64,000 bases of DNA from a virus (IMGVR_UViG_3300021255_000083:144729-208728); one strand, 5' to 3'; positions 1 through 8,400 are shown, counted from the first letter of the stretch. The notes: generated by a model from the sequence alone, not told the origin. Numbers and translations: made by a program.

Positions 1-386
1 ATTTGTAAATCACTTGCAACTTCTCCTATTTCATTACCATAAGCTATACACTCATCTTTAGTTGCAAATATATAATCTTCATATACATCACATCTTTTAA
101 ATGGTCCATCTGATATATGATATTCAATAGCATATGTTTTTATACGTCTATTACTATAATATTTAACTGAACCACAGATAATCTCTAATTTTTCTAAATC
201 TTTATTAAATTTTAAAAACCATACTATATCTTTTGGTTTAAATTTCATTTTATTTTTACAATCTTCACATAACCAATGATTTATCCAACCACTATAACTT
301 ATAAAATTAGAGCTTTCTTTTCCACAGATTATACAAGACATATTTTTATAATTAGATAGTTTTCCCATCTTTATTGGGTTTTCCAT
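1..386 (-). CDS. Hypothetical protein with N-terminal CxxC...CxxC motif, 3' end outside the window
   Basis: GAGGA SD then ATG at 386 (MENPIKMGK...SCIICGKE...LCEDCKNKMKFKPKD...); frame stays open to the window edge. Confidence 0.6.
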   Translation of the reverse strand, partial: MENPIKMGKLSNYKNMSCIICGKESSNFISYSGWINHWLCEDCKNKMKFKPKDIVWFLKFNKDLEKLEIICGSVKYYSNRRIKTYAIEYHISDGPFKRCDVYEDYIFATKDECIAYGNEIGEVASDLQ

Positions 387-423
387 TTTAATTTCCTCCT
401 ACTTTATATCTTAAAATAGTTTT

Positions 424-515
424 TGGCGTGGAAGGTGAGATTTGAACTCACGCTTCGATTACTCGAACTAACAGTTTAGTAGACTGCCCCCTTAAACCAA
501 CTTGGGTACTCCCAC
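424..515 (-). tRNA. tRNA-Ser, anticodon ACT (unusual A34), long variable arm
   Basis: Acceptor GTGGGAG/CTTCCAC, anticodon arm GCAGT-CT ACT AA-ACTGT, T-loop TTCAAAT, G73, encoded CCA. Confidence 0.9.
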
Positions 516-727
516 ATATAATAAAAGTGCCCTTAAAAACACCAAACTTTAGGACACAGTAGAGTGGTCATTGCCTTCACACAACATCTTCTCGTTTCCA
601 GTCACAGTTGTGCATATCTACAAAGTTTTTGATAGGTTGCTCTGGAAATTTAAACAACCTAATTTATTTTAGATGAATTCAGGTAAGAATGTTTTAATCA
701 CAGGTCGCCTTACTCTCACGCCTGTAA

Positions 728-804
728 TAGTGGTATTTGAGATTTGAACTCCACCTCTGGTACTCAGTATTCCCAGTATTCTACCAAATTAAACTAACCA
801 CCAC
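728..804 (-). pseudogene. Degenerate tRNA-like element with enlarged anticodon region
   Basis: D-arm-like TAGTTTAATTTGGTAGAA, CTGG...CCAG stem closing a 12-nt loop, GAG-TTCAAAT-CTC T-arm, imperfect acceptor, no CCA. Confidence 0.5.
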
Positions 805-971
805 ATATAAGTATCAGGGTAGGAATTACACCTACATCAAGCATATTTAACCTAGGACATCTAAATATGCCAACATACACCATTGTACATATAGTTTAAG
901 TATGTTTAGAGCTTAAATGGCTCCTCGTTTTTATAGTTATATTTCAACTTTTAAACTACCCTCTATTTTAA

Positions 972-1000
972 ATTATAGCATAATATTTAAAATATGTAAA
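972..1000 (-). promoter_or_regulatory. Sigma-A-type promoter
   Basis: TTTACA-17 nt-TATAAT with extended -10 TG. Confidence 0.75.
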
Positions 1001-1003
1001 TAA

Positions 1004-1197
1004 TTAACCAAATAATTTTTCAAATAAATTTTTAAATGGTCTAAATATAAATTCTAATATTGTGTATAAACAATATATAATACTTAGAACAAAGTATACA
1101 ATTAATACAAATGGAAACTCTATAATCAATAATACTGATATTATACTATAATCAATAATACTGATATTATACTATAATAACCAATATTTTTTAGCAT
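1004..1197 (-). pseudogene. Small membrane protein (55 aa) disrupted by a 26-bp tandem duplication
   Basis: GGAGG SD, ATG at 1197; removing one 26-nt copy (period 26, about 1120-1178) restores a hydrophobic ORF ending at TAA 1004. Confidence 0.55.
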
Positions 1198-1385
1198 ATC
1201 CAATTCCTCCACATATTATAATAAATAATGCCCATAATATAACCATTCATCAATTGCCTGTTTATAATTACTTTTACCATTTAATATATCTGATGATATT
1301 TTCTTTAAATCATAGCCACAGCCACCCTCAATACAAATAGCTGATAAAAACATAGCAATAATTTCTAATTTTTCTTCATTACTCA

Positions 1386-1637
1386 TTATTTTATACCTCT
1401 TTGTTTTTTAAGTTGTTTTACTTCTTTTCTATATTTTTTTGAATATTTACTAAGTATAGCTCCAACAATTTCACTATTTATTTGTTCTATACCCAAAGGA
1501 TTTACTACATACCAATCTTCTCCAAGTAAATAATCTTTCAAGAATTGTACTGCTAATTGTGCATCTAATGGTGGTGGAAACATATTATCTCCTTGCCAAT
1601 TTTCATCTAACCAATCATTAAATGTCATCTTCTCCAT
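1386..1637 (-). CDS. Hypothetical protein
   Basis: ORF track 1386..1730; start more likely at MEKMTFNDW. Confidence 0.6.
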   Translation of the reverse strand: MEKMTFNDWLDENWQGDNMFPPPLDAQLAVQFLKDYLLGEDWYVVNPLGIEQINSEIVGAILSKYSKKYRKEVKQLKKQRGIK

Positions 1638-1833
1638 CCTCTCTTTCTCTATTCCAATAATCTTCCCAGTCCTCTTCGTGATATAAACATTCTTGTTCAA
1701 ATTCTTCTTGTTCTTCTTGACAATCTTCACAAAATCCGTTTATATTACTTTCGTATTCATCTAATGATATAAGTTGACCACATCTATTACAAAATGCTTC
1801 ATTATTCTCTAATTCATCCATACCTAACACCAC
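1618..1833 (-). CDS. Small acidic Zn-finger-like protein
   Basis: CNRC...CEDC motif and acidic tail. Confidence 0.6.
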   Translation of the reverse strand: MVLGMDELENNEAFCNRCGQLISLDEYESNINGFCEDCQEEQEEFEQECLYHEEDWEDYWNREREDGEDDI

Positions 1834-1926
1834 CTATATAAATAAATTGAGAGTTTTTATAATTTTTATTGCTCGGAGGGGAAACTCAATAAAAACCTAC
1901 CTCTTATCTGGGAGCGACCCAGCCAC

Positions 1927-2002
1927 TGGTAGTGGGTATAAGACTTGAACTTATCACCTACTGCGTATCAGACAGTTGCTCTACCTGATGAGCTAACCCA
2001 CT
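1927..2002 (-). tRNA. tRNA-Ile(GAT)
   Basis: Cloverleaf; ACTGT-CT GAT AC-GCAGT; CCA end. Confidence 0.92.
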
Positions 2003-2008
2003 ATATAT

Positions 2009-2085
2009 TGGTGAAGATGGGCAGGTTCGAACTGCCGACCCCTTGATTAAAAGTCAAGTGCTCTAGCCAACTGAGCTACATCTCC
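2009..2085 (-). tRNA. tRNA-Lys(TTT)
   Basis: CTTGA-CT TTT AA-TCAAG; CCA end. Confidence 0.95.
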
Positions 2086-2190
2086 ATATAAAATTATATG
2101 CGTGGTTAAAGGTTTTGAGTGATACCACGCATATACTGTCAGGAATGACTATTCTTGACAAATGGGATTATTATCGTGTCGTGATGACAC

Positions 2191-2266
2191 TGGTGGCTTG
2201 AGATAGACTTGCACTACCGACACGGAGATTTTCAGTCTCCTGCTCTACTATCTGAGCTATCAAGCC
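2191..2266 (-). tRNA. tRNA-Phe(GAA)
   Basis: GGAGA-CT GAA AA-TCTCC; CCA end; variant T-loop TGCAAGT. Confidence 0.92.
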
Positions 2267-2354
2267 ATATCGTGGTGGTACGGTCGTTGCGTATAAAATT
2301 ATATTTTTAATATAACTTATATCTACATACCACCACATTGATATAAGTTATATT

Positions 2355-2431
2355 TGGCTGCTAGGGTGTGCCTCGAACACACAAACTCTAGTGTCAAAGA
2401 CTAGTGGCTTTACCTCTTTGCCTACCTAGCA
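2355..2431 (-). tRNA. tRNA-Gln(TTG)
   Basis: CTAGT-CT TTG AC-ACTAG; U1-A72; CCA end. Confidence 0.9.
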
Positions 2432-2941
2432 ATATGTAATATAATTAACAATATAACTAATAGTAGATTTTGATACACCAAATTTTCTCGCTAATGCTCT
2501 ACAACCATATAATTTATCTTTAGGAATATAATTAGTTCTAATATAATTTATATCAGTTTCAGACAATTTGGAATTACAATTATTATAACCCTTATCATTT
2601 GGTTTTAAGTTGGTTTTTATAGAATGTTGTATATTATCAAAAGCTGTCACCCATTCAAGATTTTCAACATTATTATTTAATTTATTTCCGTCAATATGAT
2701 TTACTTGTGGTAAATTTTTTAAATTTGGAATAAAAGCATTTGCTACAAGCCTATGAACAGAAAAACTCTTTTTAATATTATTTTTACTTAATGTAACAGT
2801 ACTATATCCACGATTTCCCACACGTATTTTTAAATTTTTTGGGTATATACGAGTACCTTTTCGAGGTAGAGATTTAACATTACCAAGATTACTCACTTGA
2901 TATAACCCTTCGTATTGTGTAATATCTTTCCAAATCTCCAT
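2426..2941 (-). CDS. NUMOD4-HNH homing endonuclease
   Basis: MEIWKDI..YEGLYQVSNLGNVKS (NUMOD4); VHRLVA..F...QVNHIDGNKLNN..NLEWV (HNH); C-terminal HTH. Confidence 0.92.
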   Translation of the reverse strand: MEIWKDITQYEGLYQVSNLGNVKSLPRKGTRIYPKNLKIRVGNRGYSTVTLSKNNIKKSFSVHRLVANAFIPNLKNLPQVNHIDGNKLNNNVENLEWVTAFDNIQHSIKTNLKPNDKGYNNCNSKLSETDINYIRTNYIPKDKLYGCRALARKFGVSKSTISYIVNYITYC

Positions 2942-2950
2942 TTTATCTCC

Positions 2951-3163
2951 TTAATTAGTTCCTATTAATTTACGTATAAATTTCCACTCTTTATATTCAG
3001 CCTCTGTCATTTCTCTACCATATACAATACCACTAGTTATTCTATAATGAGTATGACATTTATTACATTCTATACATTCACCATTTTTATTATATTGTAA
3101 CCAGTCAAATTCTTGTTTAAAATCACAGGCAGGACATTGACATAACATTTTATCTGTATCCAT
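2951..3163 (-). CDS. Small Zn-ribbon protein
   Basis: CPAC...CNKC; GGAGG SD. Confidence 0.65.
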   Translation of the reverse strand: MDTDKMLCQCPACDFKQEFDWLQYNKNGECIECNKCHTHYRITSGIVYGREMTEAEYKEWKFIRKLIGTN

Positions 3164-3262
3164 TTAAATTACCTCCATCACAAAATTCTATATAATTTTA
3201 CCTATATTTATCACAAAATTCTAAATACTTTTACCCTATTTTTTCACATTTTTCTAAAAATA

Positions 3263-3337
3263 TGGGGTGGACGGTGAGTTACGCTCTCACTCTTGCAGTG
3301 CCACAAACTGCCGTGCTACTATTATCACTACGCCCAC
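3263..3337 (-). tRNA. tRNA-His(GTG)
   Basis: GCAGT-TT GTG GC-ACTGC; C73; CCA end; atypical T-loop. Confidence 0.85.
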
Positions 3338-3370
3338 ACTAAAACTTGTATAGCTTTAGTCTAGGTGTAG

Positions 3371-3613
3371 TTACCTAGATTTTTCCATATTATATTTTAT
3401 TTTATAAGATTTTATGTCTTTACCTTTTAGATTTATTAATTTATCCAAATCATCCCTTAATGCTCTAGCATCCTCGATTGTCATATGTTTATGTGAAAAA
3501 TTAGTATCCATCATACCTCTTACATTAAAATATATTATATTATCATCAGTACATCTACCCATTTCCCAGCTACTTCTAAAATCTAACATTTGTACTCTCC
3601 TCAAACTTTTCAT
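3371..3613 (-). CDS. Hypothetical protein
   Basis: ORF track; overlaps the upstream gene, likely start at MLDFRSS. Confidence 0.55.
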   Translation of the reverse strand: MKSLRRVQMLDFRSSWEMGRCTDDNIIYFNVRGMMDTNFSHKHMTIEDARALRDDLDKLINLKGKDIKSYKIKYNMEKSR

Positions 3614-3863
3614 CTATTATTTGTTGATAATCAGCTAAATCATCTAATACTTCCTTTATATCATCTGGATTTGTTGCTAAATCTTTTTTATCTACATAAT
3701 AACGAATTCCTTTATATTCAACTTCACACCAAGTACCATATAAATTATTATATTCTGGATTTATTATCTCCACTATATCTCCTTTTGGTATATTTGGATA
3801 ACCTTGTGCTAATTGTGTTTTCCAATCTTGGTCACATAATGATTTTAGTGCTACTGCTTGCAT
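3576..3863 (-). CDS. Hypothetical protein, SH3-like
   Basis: IPKGDIVEI...WCEVEYKGIRYYV pattern; GGAGG SD. Confidence 0.6.
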   Translation of the reverse strand: MQAVALKSLCDQDWKTQLAQGYPNIPKGDIVEIINPEYNNLYGTWCEVEYKGIRYYVDKKDLATNPDDIKEVLDDLADYQQIIDEKFEESTNVRF

Positions 3864-3884
3864 TACTTACCTCCATATATATGA

Positions 3885-4170
3885 TGTCTAACGCTACCCT
3901 ACACCTATTACAGTGCAGGGTCACTAACGAGGGTTAGTCCCCGATGGTCTATTTAGTGAGCTTCTTGTGTTTTCCCCATCATTCCAACAAAGTCACGGTG
4001 CTCAATCTCGCCTTATGAAATATCCCACTTTCACATAAGAGAGGTCTCAAACGGTGGTACCTCATACTGGTCGGAGGGGATTATATCTGTGTCAAATATT
4101 ACTCTATTGTTCGATATAATACTTTCAGGTTAGCTACACCTTATGTTATTATATTATAACAGAACCTCCG
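3885..4170 (-). ncRNA. Unidentified structured RNA directly downstream of tRNA-Trp
   Basis: GC-enriched, no credible ORF, multiple helices (CGGAGG/CCTCCG, ATTATATC/GATATAAT, CTTATG/CATAAG, ACTAAC/GTTAGT, CCCTGCAC/GTGTAGGG). Confidence 0.5.
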
Positions 4171-4244
4171 TGGCAGGAGTGGAAAGAATTGAACTCTCAT
4201 CAACGAGTTTGGAGCTCGGTATGCTACCATTACACCACACTCCT
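4171..4244 (-). tRNA. tRNA-Trp(CCA)
   Basis: CGAG-CT CCA AA-CTCG; G73; CCA end. Confidence 0.9.
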
Positions 4245-4264
4245 ATATCTATAAAATATATACG

Positions 4265-4479
4265 GAAAAATCTAAATGTGCTGTGAAAATATTGAGTTAT
4301 TGTCCGCCTCAATATTAGCATAAAGACTTAACCGTTCTACTCCAAATACGGCAATTTTAAAAATACCGACACAAACGACTTCCGATTTCTACATACGCTA
4401 ATCGTCTTTAAATCATATATCATAACTAATTGTTTCTAATCACAGCTTTAGCATCAGTTAGTCTGTATTTATATGATTT
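4265..4479 (-). ncRNA. Unidentified structured RNA between tRNA-Tyr and tRNA-Trp
   Basis: Helices AATCATATA/TATATGATT, TAAAGAC/GTCTTTA, AATATTGAG/CTCAATATT; long-range GCTGTGA/TCACAGC. Confidence 0.45.
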
Positions 4480-4565
4480 TGGTGGGTAGTCTTGGATTTG
4501 AACCAAGGAACCCGTTAGAGACTGGTTTTACAGACCAGCGGTTTTAACCACTCACCCAACTACCC
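4480..4565 (-). tRNA. tRNA-Tyr(GTA)
   Basis: CTGGT-CT GTA AA-ACCAG; long variable arm; CCA end. Confidence 0.92.
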
Positions 4566-4571
4566 ATATTA

Positions 4572-4919
4572 CTAAATACTTTGATAAATATCAGTTTTAT
4601 ATTTATCTTCATTTTTAGGATAACTATTTAAATCAGCAATTTCCACATCAATTAAATCAATTAGCCCTCTATATATTCCAATATTTCTATGTGTAATCAT
4701 AGATAAACTACTATGTTCTATTGTAGTTATTTTATTTGTGTTGTCTAAATACATTACACATAATCTACCATTGAATTCGTTTAATATTTCACCATTACCT
4801 AAATCAATTTCAGGGTCGTGTTCTATAAATTCAATTCTATCATCATATATATAAGCTCTAAGCTCATTATCTATATGAAAAGCATTTCTTATTAATTTCA
4901 TTAATGTGTTTAGTTGCAT
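4572..4919 (-). CDS. Hypothetical protein
   Basis: ORF track; GAGG SD. Confidence 0.65.
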   Translation of the reverse strand: MQLNTLMKLIRNAFHIDNELRAYIYDDRIEFIEHDPEIDLGNGEILNEFNGRLCVMYLDNTNKITTIEHSSLSMITHRNIGIYRGLIDLIDVEIADLNSYPKNEDKYKTDIYQSI

Positions 4920-5159
4920 ATCATATTACCTCTAATATTAAATATATACTTTCCACTCTTCTTTTTTACGATAGGCTTTTAGTACTATGTAATTCCATAT
5001 AGTTCTAAAACATCAAAATTAACATAAGTTTTTTATTGTAGGATTTTATTAAAATCCAGTAGGTCGACTAAAAACAACCTTTACACTTGCTTCTGTGTTT
5101 ACACCTTTATCTGCTTAGTGTTAATCCTGATAGGTGGGTTTGATTGGTTTTCCTTCCAA

Positions 5160-5236
5160 TGGCGACTTGGAACGGGCTCGAACCGTCGACCTCCGCCGTG
5201 ACAGGGCGGCATTCTAACCAACTGAACTACCAAGCC
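5160..5236 (-). tRNA. tRNA-Asp(GTC)
   Basis: CCGCC-CT GTC AC-GGCGG; G73; CCA end. Confidence 0.96.
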
Positions 5237-5266
5237 ATCTAATAATATTTTAGTGAGGTATATCGG

Positions 5267-6181
5267 TTATACCTCAACTTTTTCTTCAGGTGTTAAAATA
5301 AATTGTTGAGCTTTAAATTCTTTATCTTTACCTTTAATATATGGATTAATAAATATAACTTTACCATCCTTGTAATGTCTGTAATGTCCGTGTACTTGAA
5401 ATGCGTGTGAATAAGTCCAACCCTTTTTTCTTTTTTGTAAATGTTCAACTTTAACTGTTCTAGTTTTTCCAATATCATATATAGGTGTACTTATAAATTT
5501 TGTATCAGATACTTGAACAACACCCTTTTGTCTACCTACTATTTGTGGTACTCTTTTTTCATAAATATATTTAGTAGATTTTTTAGTTGTTGCTATGTAC
5601 CATAAACAAGATATTAATATACCTAAATTAATATAATTTACACGCCCTACATAATCATCTATACCAAAAGATGTAGTAATTGTATTAAAATCTATAGGTT
5701 TTTCATAATCACTATTCTCTCCTACTGCAAATTCCATATTAGATATAATCCTACCATCTTTACCATAGGTCTCAACAAACATTGAATTATCAGATGTAAA
5801 TTTAAAATATAACGTGAAACTTTCTACATTTTTAAAAAAATCATTTATTATATTTTCAATGTATCTATATGTAGTATGATATTCTATTGCTAATGCTTTA
5901 ATTTCAGCACTGCTATAATGATGTCTATCATACTCACCTGTATCTATTATCATATAGCCTTCATCAAACGAATGTGGTATAGATTTTTCAAATCTAATGT
6001 CTGAATTCCACCAATCTATAAACATTTGTGTTTTATTTTCGGGTACTATTATTTGTGGTAAATGTTTATCTATTTTTAAAATTTTTAATTTATCTTTTGA
6101 TTTATTTAGACCATTTGTTAATACATTTGCTGTATCTAAAAATGTTCTAACATCATTATTGTTATTTAAGATATTTTCCAT
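5267..6181 (-). CDS. Phage hypothetical protein with C-terminal VxGHYRHY..GKVIFI.PYxKG motif
   Basis: 304-aa ORF, AGGAGG SD. Confidence 0.8.
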   Translation of the reverse strand: MENILNNNNDVRTFLDTANVLTNGLNKSKDKLKILKIDKHLPQIIVPENKTQMFIDWWNSDIRFEKSIPHSFDEGYMIIDTGEYDRHHYSSAEIKALAIEYHTTYRYIENIINDFFKNVESFTLYFKFTSDNSMFVETYGKDGRIISNMEFAVGENSDYEKPIDFNTITTSFGIDDYVGRVNYINLGILISCLWYIATTKKSTKYIYEKRVPQIVGRQKGVVQVSDTKFISTPIYDIGKTRTVKVEHLQKRKKGWTYSHAFQVHGHYRHYKDGKVIFINPYIKGKDKEFKAQQFILTPEEKVEV

Positions 6182-6202
6182 AAATAACCTCCTTAGTTAA
6201 TT

Positions 6203-6291
6203 TGGCGTAGGATAGAGGTGTCGAACCCCCACCGGTTTCCCGATGTATCTGTTTTCAAGACAGAGTGCAAGTAGCCGCTTGCATATCCTAC
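6203..6291 (-). tRNA. tRNA-Ser(TGA), atypical cloverleaf
   Basis: TCTGT-CT TGA AA-ACAGA; variable arm CATCGG-GAAA-CCGGTG; G73; CCA end; 5-6 bp D-stem. Confidence 0.85.
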
Positions 6292-6312
6292 ATATAAATA
6301 GAGTTTTTAACT

Positions 6313-6876
6313 CTATATATTTAATAAGTCGTTACCATCAAATTTTTTACCATTTTCATCATAAGCTGAAAAATAATATAATAAATCTTCTCGATGTATA
6401 TGTTGTATAAATTTTATCAATATATTATGGTCTATTTTTCCACCATAATTATCATATATAATACCAAATATATACCTTAAAATTGGTTCATAATCATTAT
6501 AAATTTTATCATCAAATGTAGCCATTATCTGTGTATTAATTGTACTATTATATTTAGCTTTACTTTCATATTCATTTCGTTTACTTAACCAATTCTGTCT
6601 GTTACACATAAAGTCACGACATACATATGGTCTAACAGGATATATTTTACATTTGTGATTAACTGTATCTAAAAAACAACAATGTGCATTAAATACTCCT
6701 GTAAGTACATTAATTCTATTAGTTTGTTTAATATCATTAGCTTTTACATATTTTTTAATTCTGTCTATATCATCATCATTAAATGGTATAAATAATCCAC
6801 AACATTGACCACAATTACTACATTTACCATTACAAGTATTATCAATTACCTTATCCTCTTTTGGCATATCTATCAT
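6313..6876 (-). CDS. YkgJ-like CxxCxxCC Zn/Fe-S cluster protein
   Basis: CSNCGQCC...CCFLD...CKIYPVRPYVCRDF. Confidence 0.85.
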   Translation of the reverse strand: MIDMPKEDKVIDNTCNGKCSNCGQCCGLFIPFNDDDIDRIKKYVKANDIKQTNRINVLTGVFNAHCCFLDTVNHKCKIYPVRPYVCRDFMCNRQNWLSKRNEYESKAKYNSTINTQIMATFDDKIYNDYEPILRYIFGIIYDNYGGKIDHNILIKFIQHIHREDLLYYFSAYDENGKKFDGNDLLNI

Positions 6877-6891
6877 ATATTTACCTCTTAT

Positions 6892-7341
6892 TTATAATAA
6901 ATTTCTCACATTTTTATTAATTCTTCTATCATATTTTCTTAATATTTCAGTTAAACCGTATTTATCTTTATGATACTTTTGAGTTAATAATTTGTCTTTA
7001 GGTGTATCTAAATAAAATCTTATTGTCTCAGCAACCCAAGTATAGTTATCCCCCCAGAAATATGTGTTATTAATTGTATTAGGCACTTCATCAGTATTCC
7101 AATAACAATTTTTTATTTGACTAGGTTCATCTAAAAATTTATTAGGAAAATCCCATATAACATCTTTATCAGTACCAACTGTTATCCAATATCTAGGTAT
7201 CATTTCTCTTCCTTTACTTATACCATTTTTCTGACCTGCTGTCCAAGCTGATTTTGTTTTATACACAGAACAATGCATTTGAAATTTACTATCTTTATCT
7301 ATAATTAGATATAATTGTTTTTGTAATTTACTCCACATCAT
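6892..7341 (-). CDS. Hypothetical protein
   Basis: Start likely MMWSK after GAGGTG, just downstream of the promoter at 7361-7389. Confidence 0.7.
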   Translation of the reverse strand: MMWSKLQKQLYLIIDKDSKFQMHCSVYKTKSAWTAGQKNGISKGREMIPRYWITVGTDKDVIWDFPNKFLDEPSQIKNCYWNTDEVPNTINNTYFWGDNYTWVAETIRFYLDTPKDKLLTQKYHKDKYGLTEILRKYDRRINKNVRNLL

Positions 7342-7360
7342 AAATAACACCTCATATACA

Positions 7361-7389
7361 ATTATATCATATTTTTTAAAATATGTAAA
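7361..7389 (-). promoter_or_regulatory. Sigma-A-type promoter
   Basis: TTTACA-17-TATAAT, extended TG. Confidence 0.75.
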
Positions 7390-7547
7390 TAGTAATCTAT
7401 AGATATTTACCACATTCAATATCCCTATATAATTGTAATAATGCCTCTGTAGACATATGTCTATCTATATCTATATATCTATCATTAAACCAACTAATTA
7501 ATGTTCGTCTAATGGAAGCTTCATCTGGAAATGAGTATAATTCTGCA

Positions 7548-7955
7548 TTAATTGCCATTTAGCATTCCCTCCAAATAATCATCATTTATTTTCTCTAATG
7601 ATTGTTTACAATCATTATACATTTCAATTAAGTACCTTTCATCATAATTATTGTTTATGGTAGTATCTCTACCTAAATATTTATACCAACTGATTTCAAC
7701 ATCTTCCCATTTAAAATTATATGGTTGTGTAACATCATCATCCCAATTATATGCTTGCACTTCAAATGTACCATTATAATATTCATTACCAGTATTATCA
7801 AATGGACTATCATATTCTGTTTGTTGCATATTATATTTAATTCTACTTAATCTTCTACTTAAATCCCTTAATAATGCTACTACCCAATCTGGACAACTAT
7901 ATGCTTGATTTTTATTTGTATTAAACATTAGGTTACCTAATTCTAACTCTGCCAT
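7548..7955 (-). CDS. Hypothetical protein
   Basis: ORF track; AGGAGG SD. Confidence 0.75.
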   Translation of the reverse strand: MAELELGNLMFNTNKNQAYSCPDWVVALLRDLSRRLSRIKYNMQQTEYDSPFDNTGNEYYNGTFEVQAYNWDDDVTQPYNFKWEDVEISWYKYLGRDTTINNNYDERYLIEMYNDCKQSLEKINDDYLEGMLNGN

Positions 7956-7967
7956 TTAGTATTCCTC

Positions 7968-8225
7968 CTAAATATAATCTAAAATATTCTTTTTCGCAAA
8001 GTGTCTTTGTTTTTGTATAGCACTTATACTTCTTCCCAATTCTATGGATAATTCTGTATCAGTTTTAGCTTCAAATAAAATTTTTCTAACTTCTTCAACT
8101 GTCCATTTCTTACCAGAATTGAAACAATTATTTCTATTTCTACCATAATACTTTTTTCTATGTCTATCTCTATATGCTTTTAATTTATCTTTATCTTTAT
8201 ATAAATTAAACCTTTTATTTGACAT
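7968..8225 (-). CDS. Small basic protein with Myb/HTH-like WTxEE motif
   Basis: KKWTVEE...LSIELGRSISAIQKQR; start at MSNK avoids overlap with tRNA-Cys. Confidence 0.65.
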   Translation of the reverse strand: MSNKRFNLYKDKDKLKAYRDRHRKKYYGRNRNNCFNSGKKWTVEEVRKILFEAKTDTELSIELGRSISAIQKQRHFAKKNILDYI

Positions 8226-8243
8226 ATCATACACCTCATTTAT

Positions 8244-8319
8244 TGGAGGGATATACTGGAATTGCACCAGTGTTCACGCTTTTGCAGAGCGTTGCCTTAA
8301 CTGACTTGGCTAATATCCC
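8244..8319 (-). tRNA. tRNA-Cys(GCA)
   Basis: ACGCT-CT GCA AA-AGCGT; U73; CCA end. Confidence 0.92.
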
Positions 8320-8324
8320 AAATT

Positions 8325-8400
8325 TGGTCGGAGTGACACGACTTGAACGTGCTACCTGATGGTCCCAAACCACCCGCTCTACCAGATGAGCTACACCCCG
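8325..8400 (-). tRNA. tRNA-Pro(TGG)
   Basis: CGGGGTG acceptor; GGTGG-TT TGG GA-CCATC; CCA end. Confidence 0.93.

Noticed and set aside
812-955. tmRNA
   Set aside because: Too short, and no Ala-type acceptor, CCA end or convincing tag reading frame was recognised.
6203-6291. Selenocysteine tRNA
   Set aside because: The long D-stem is suggestive, but the anticodon is TGA (Ser), not TCA.
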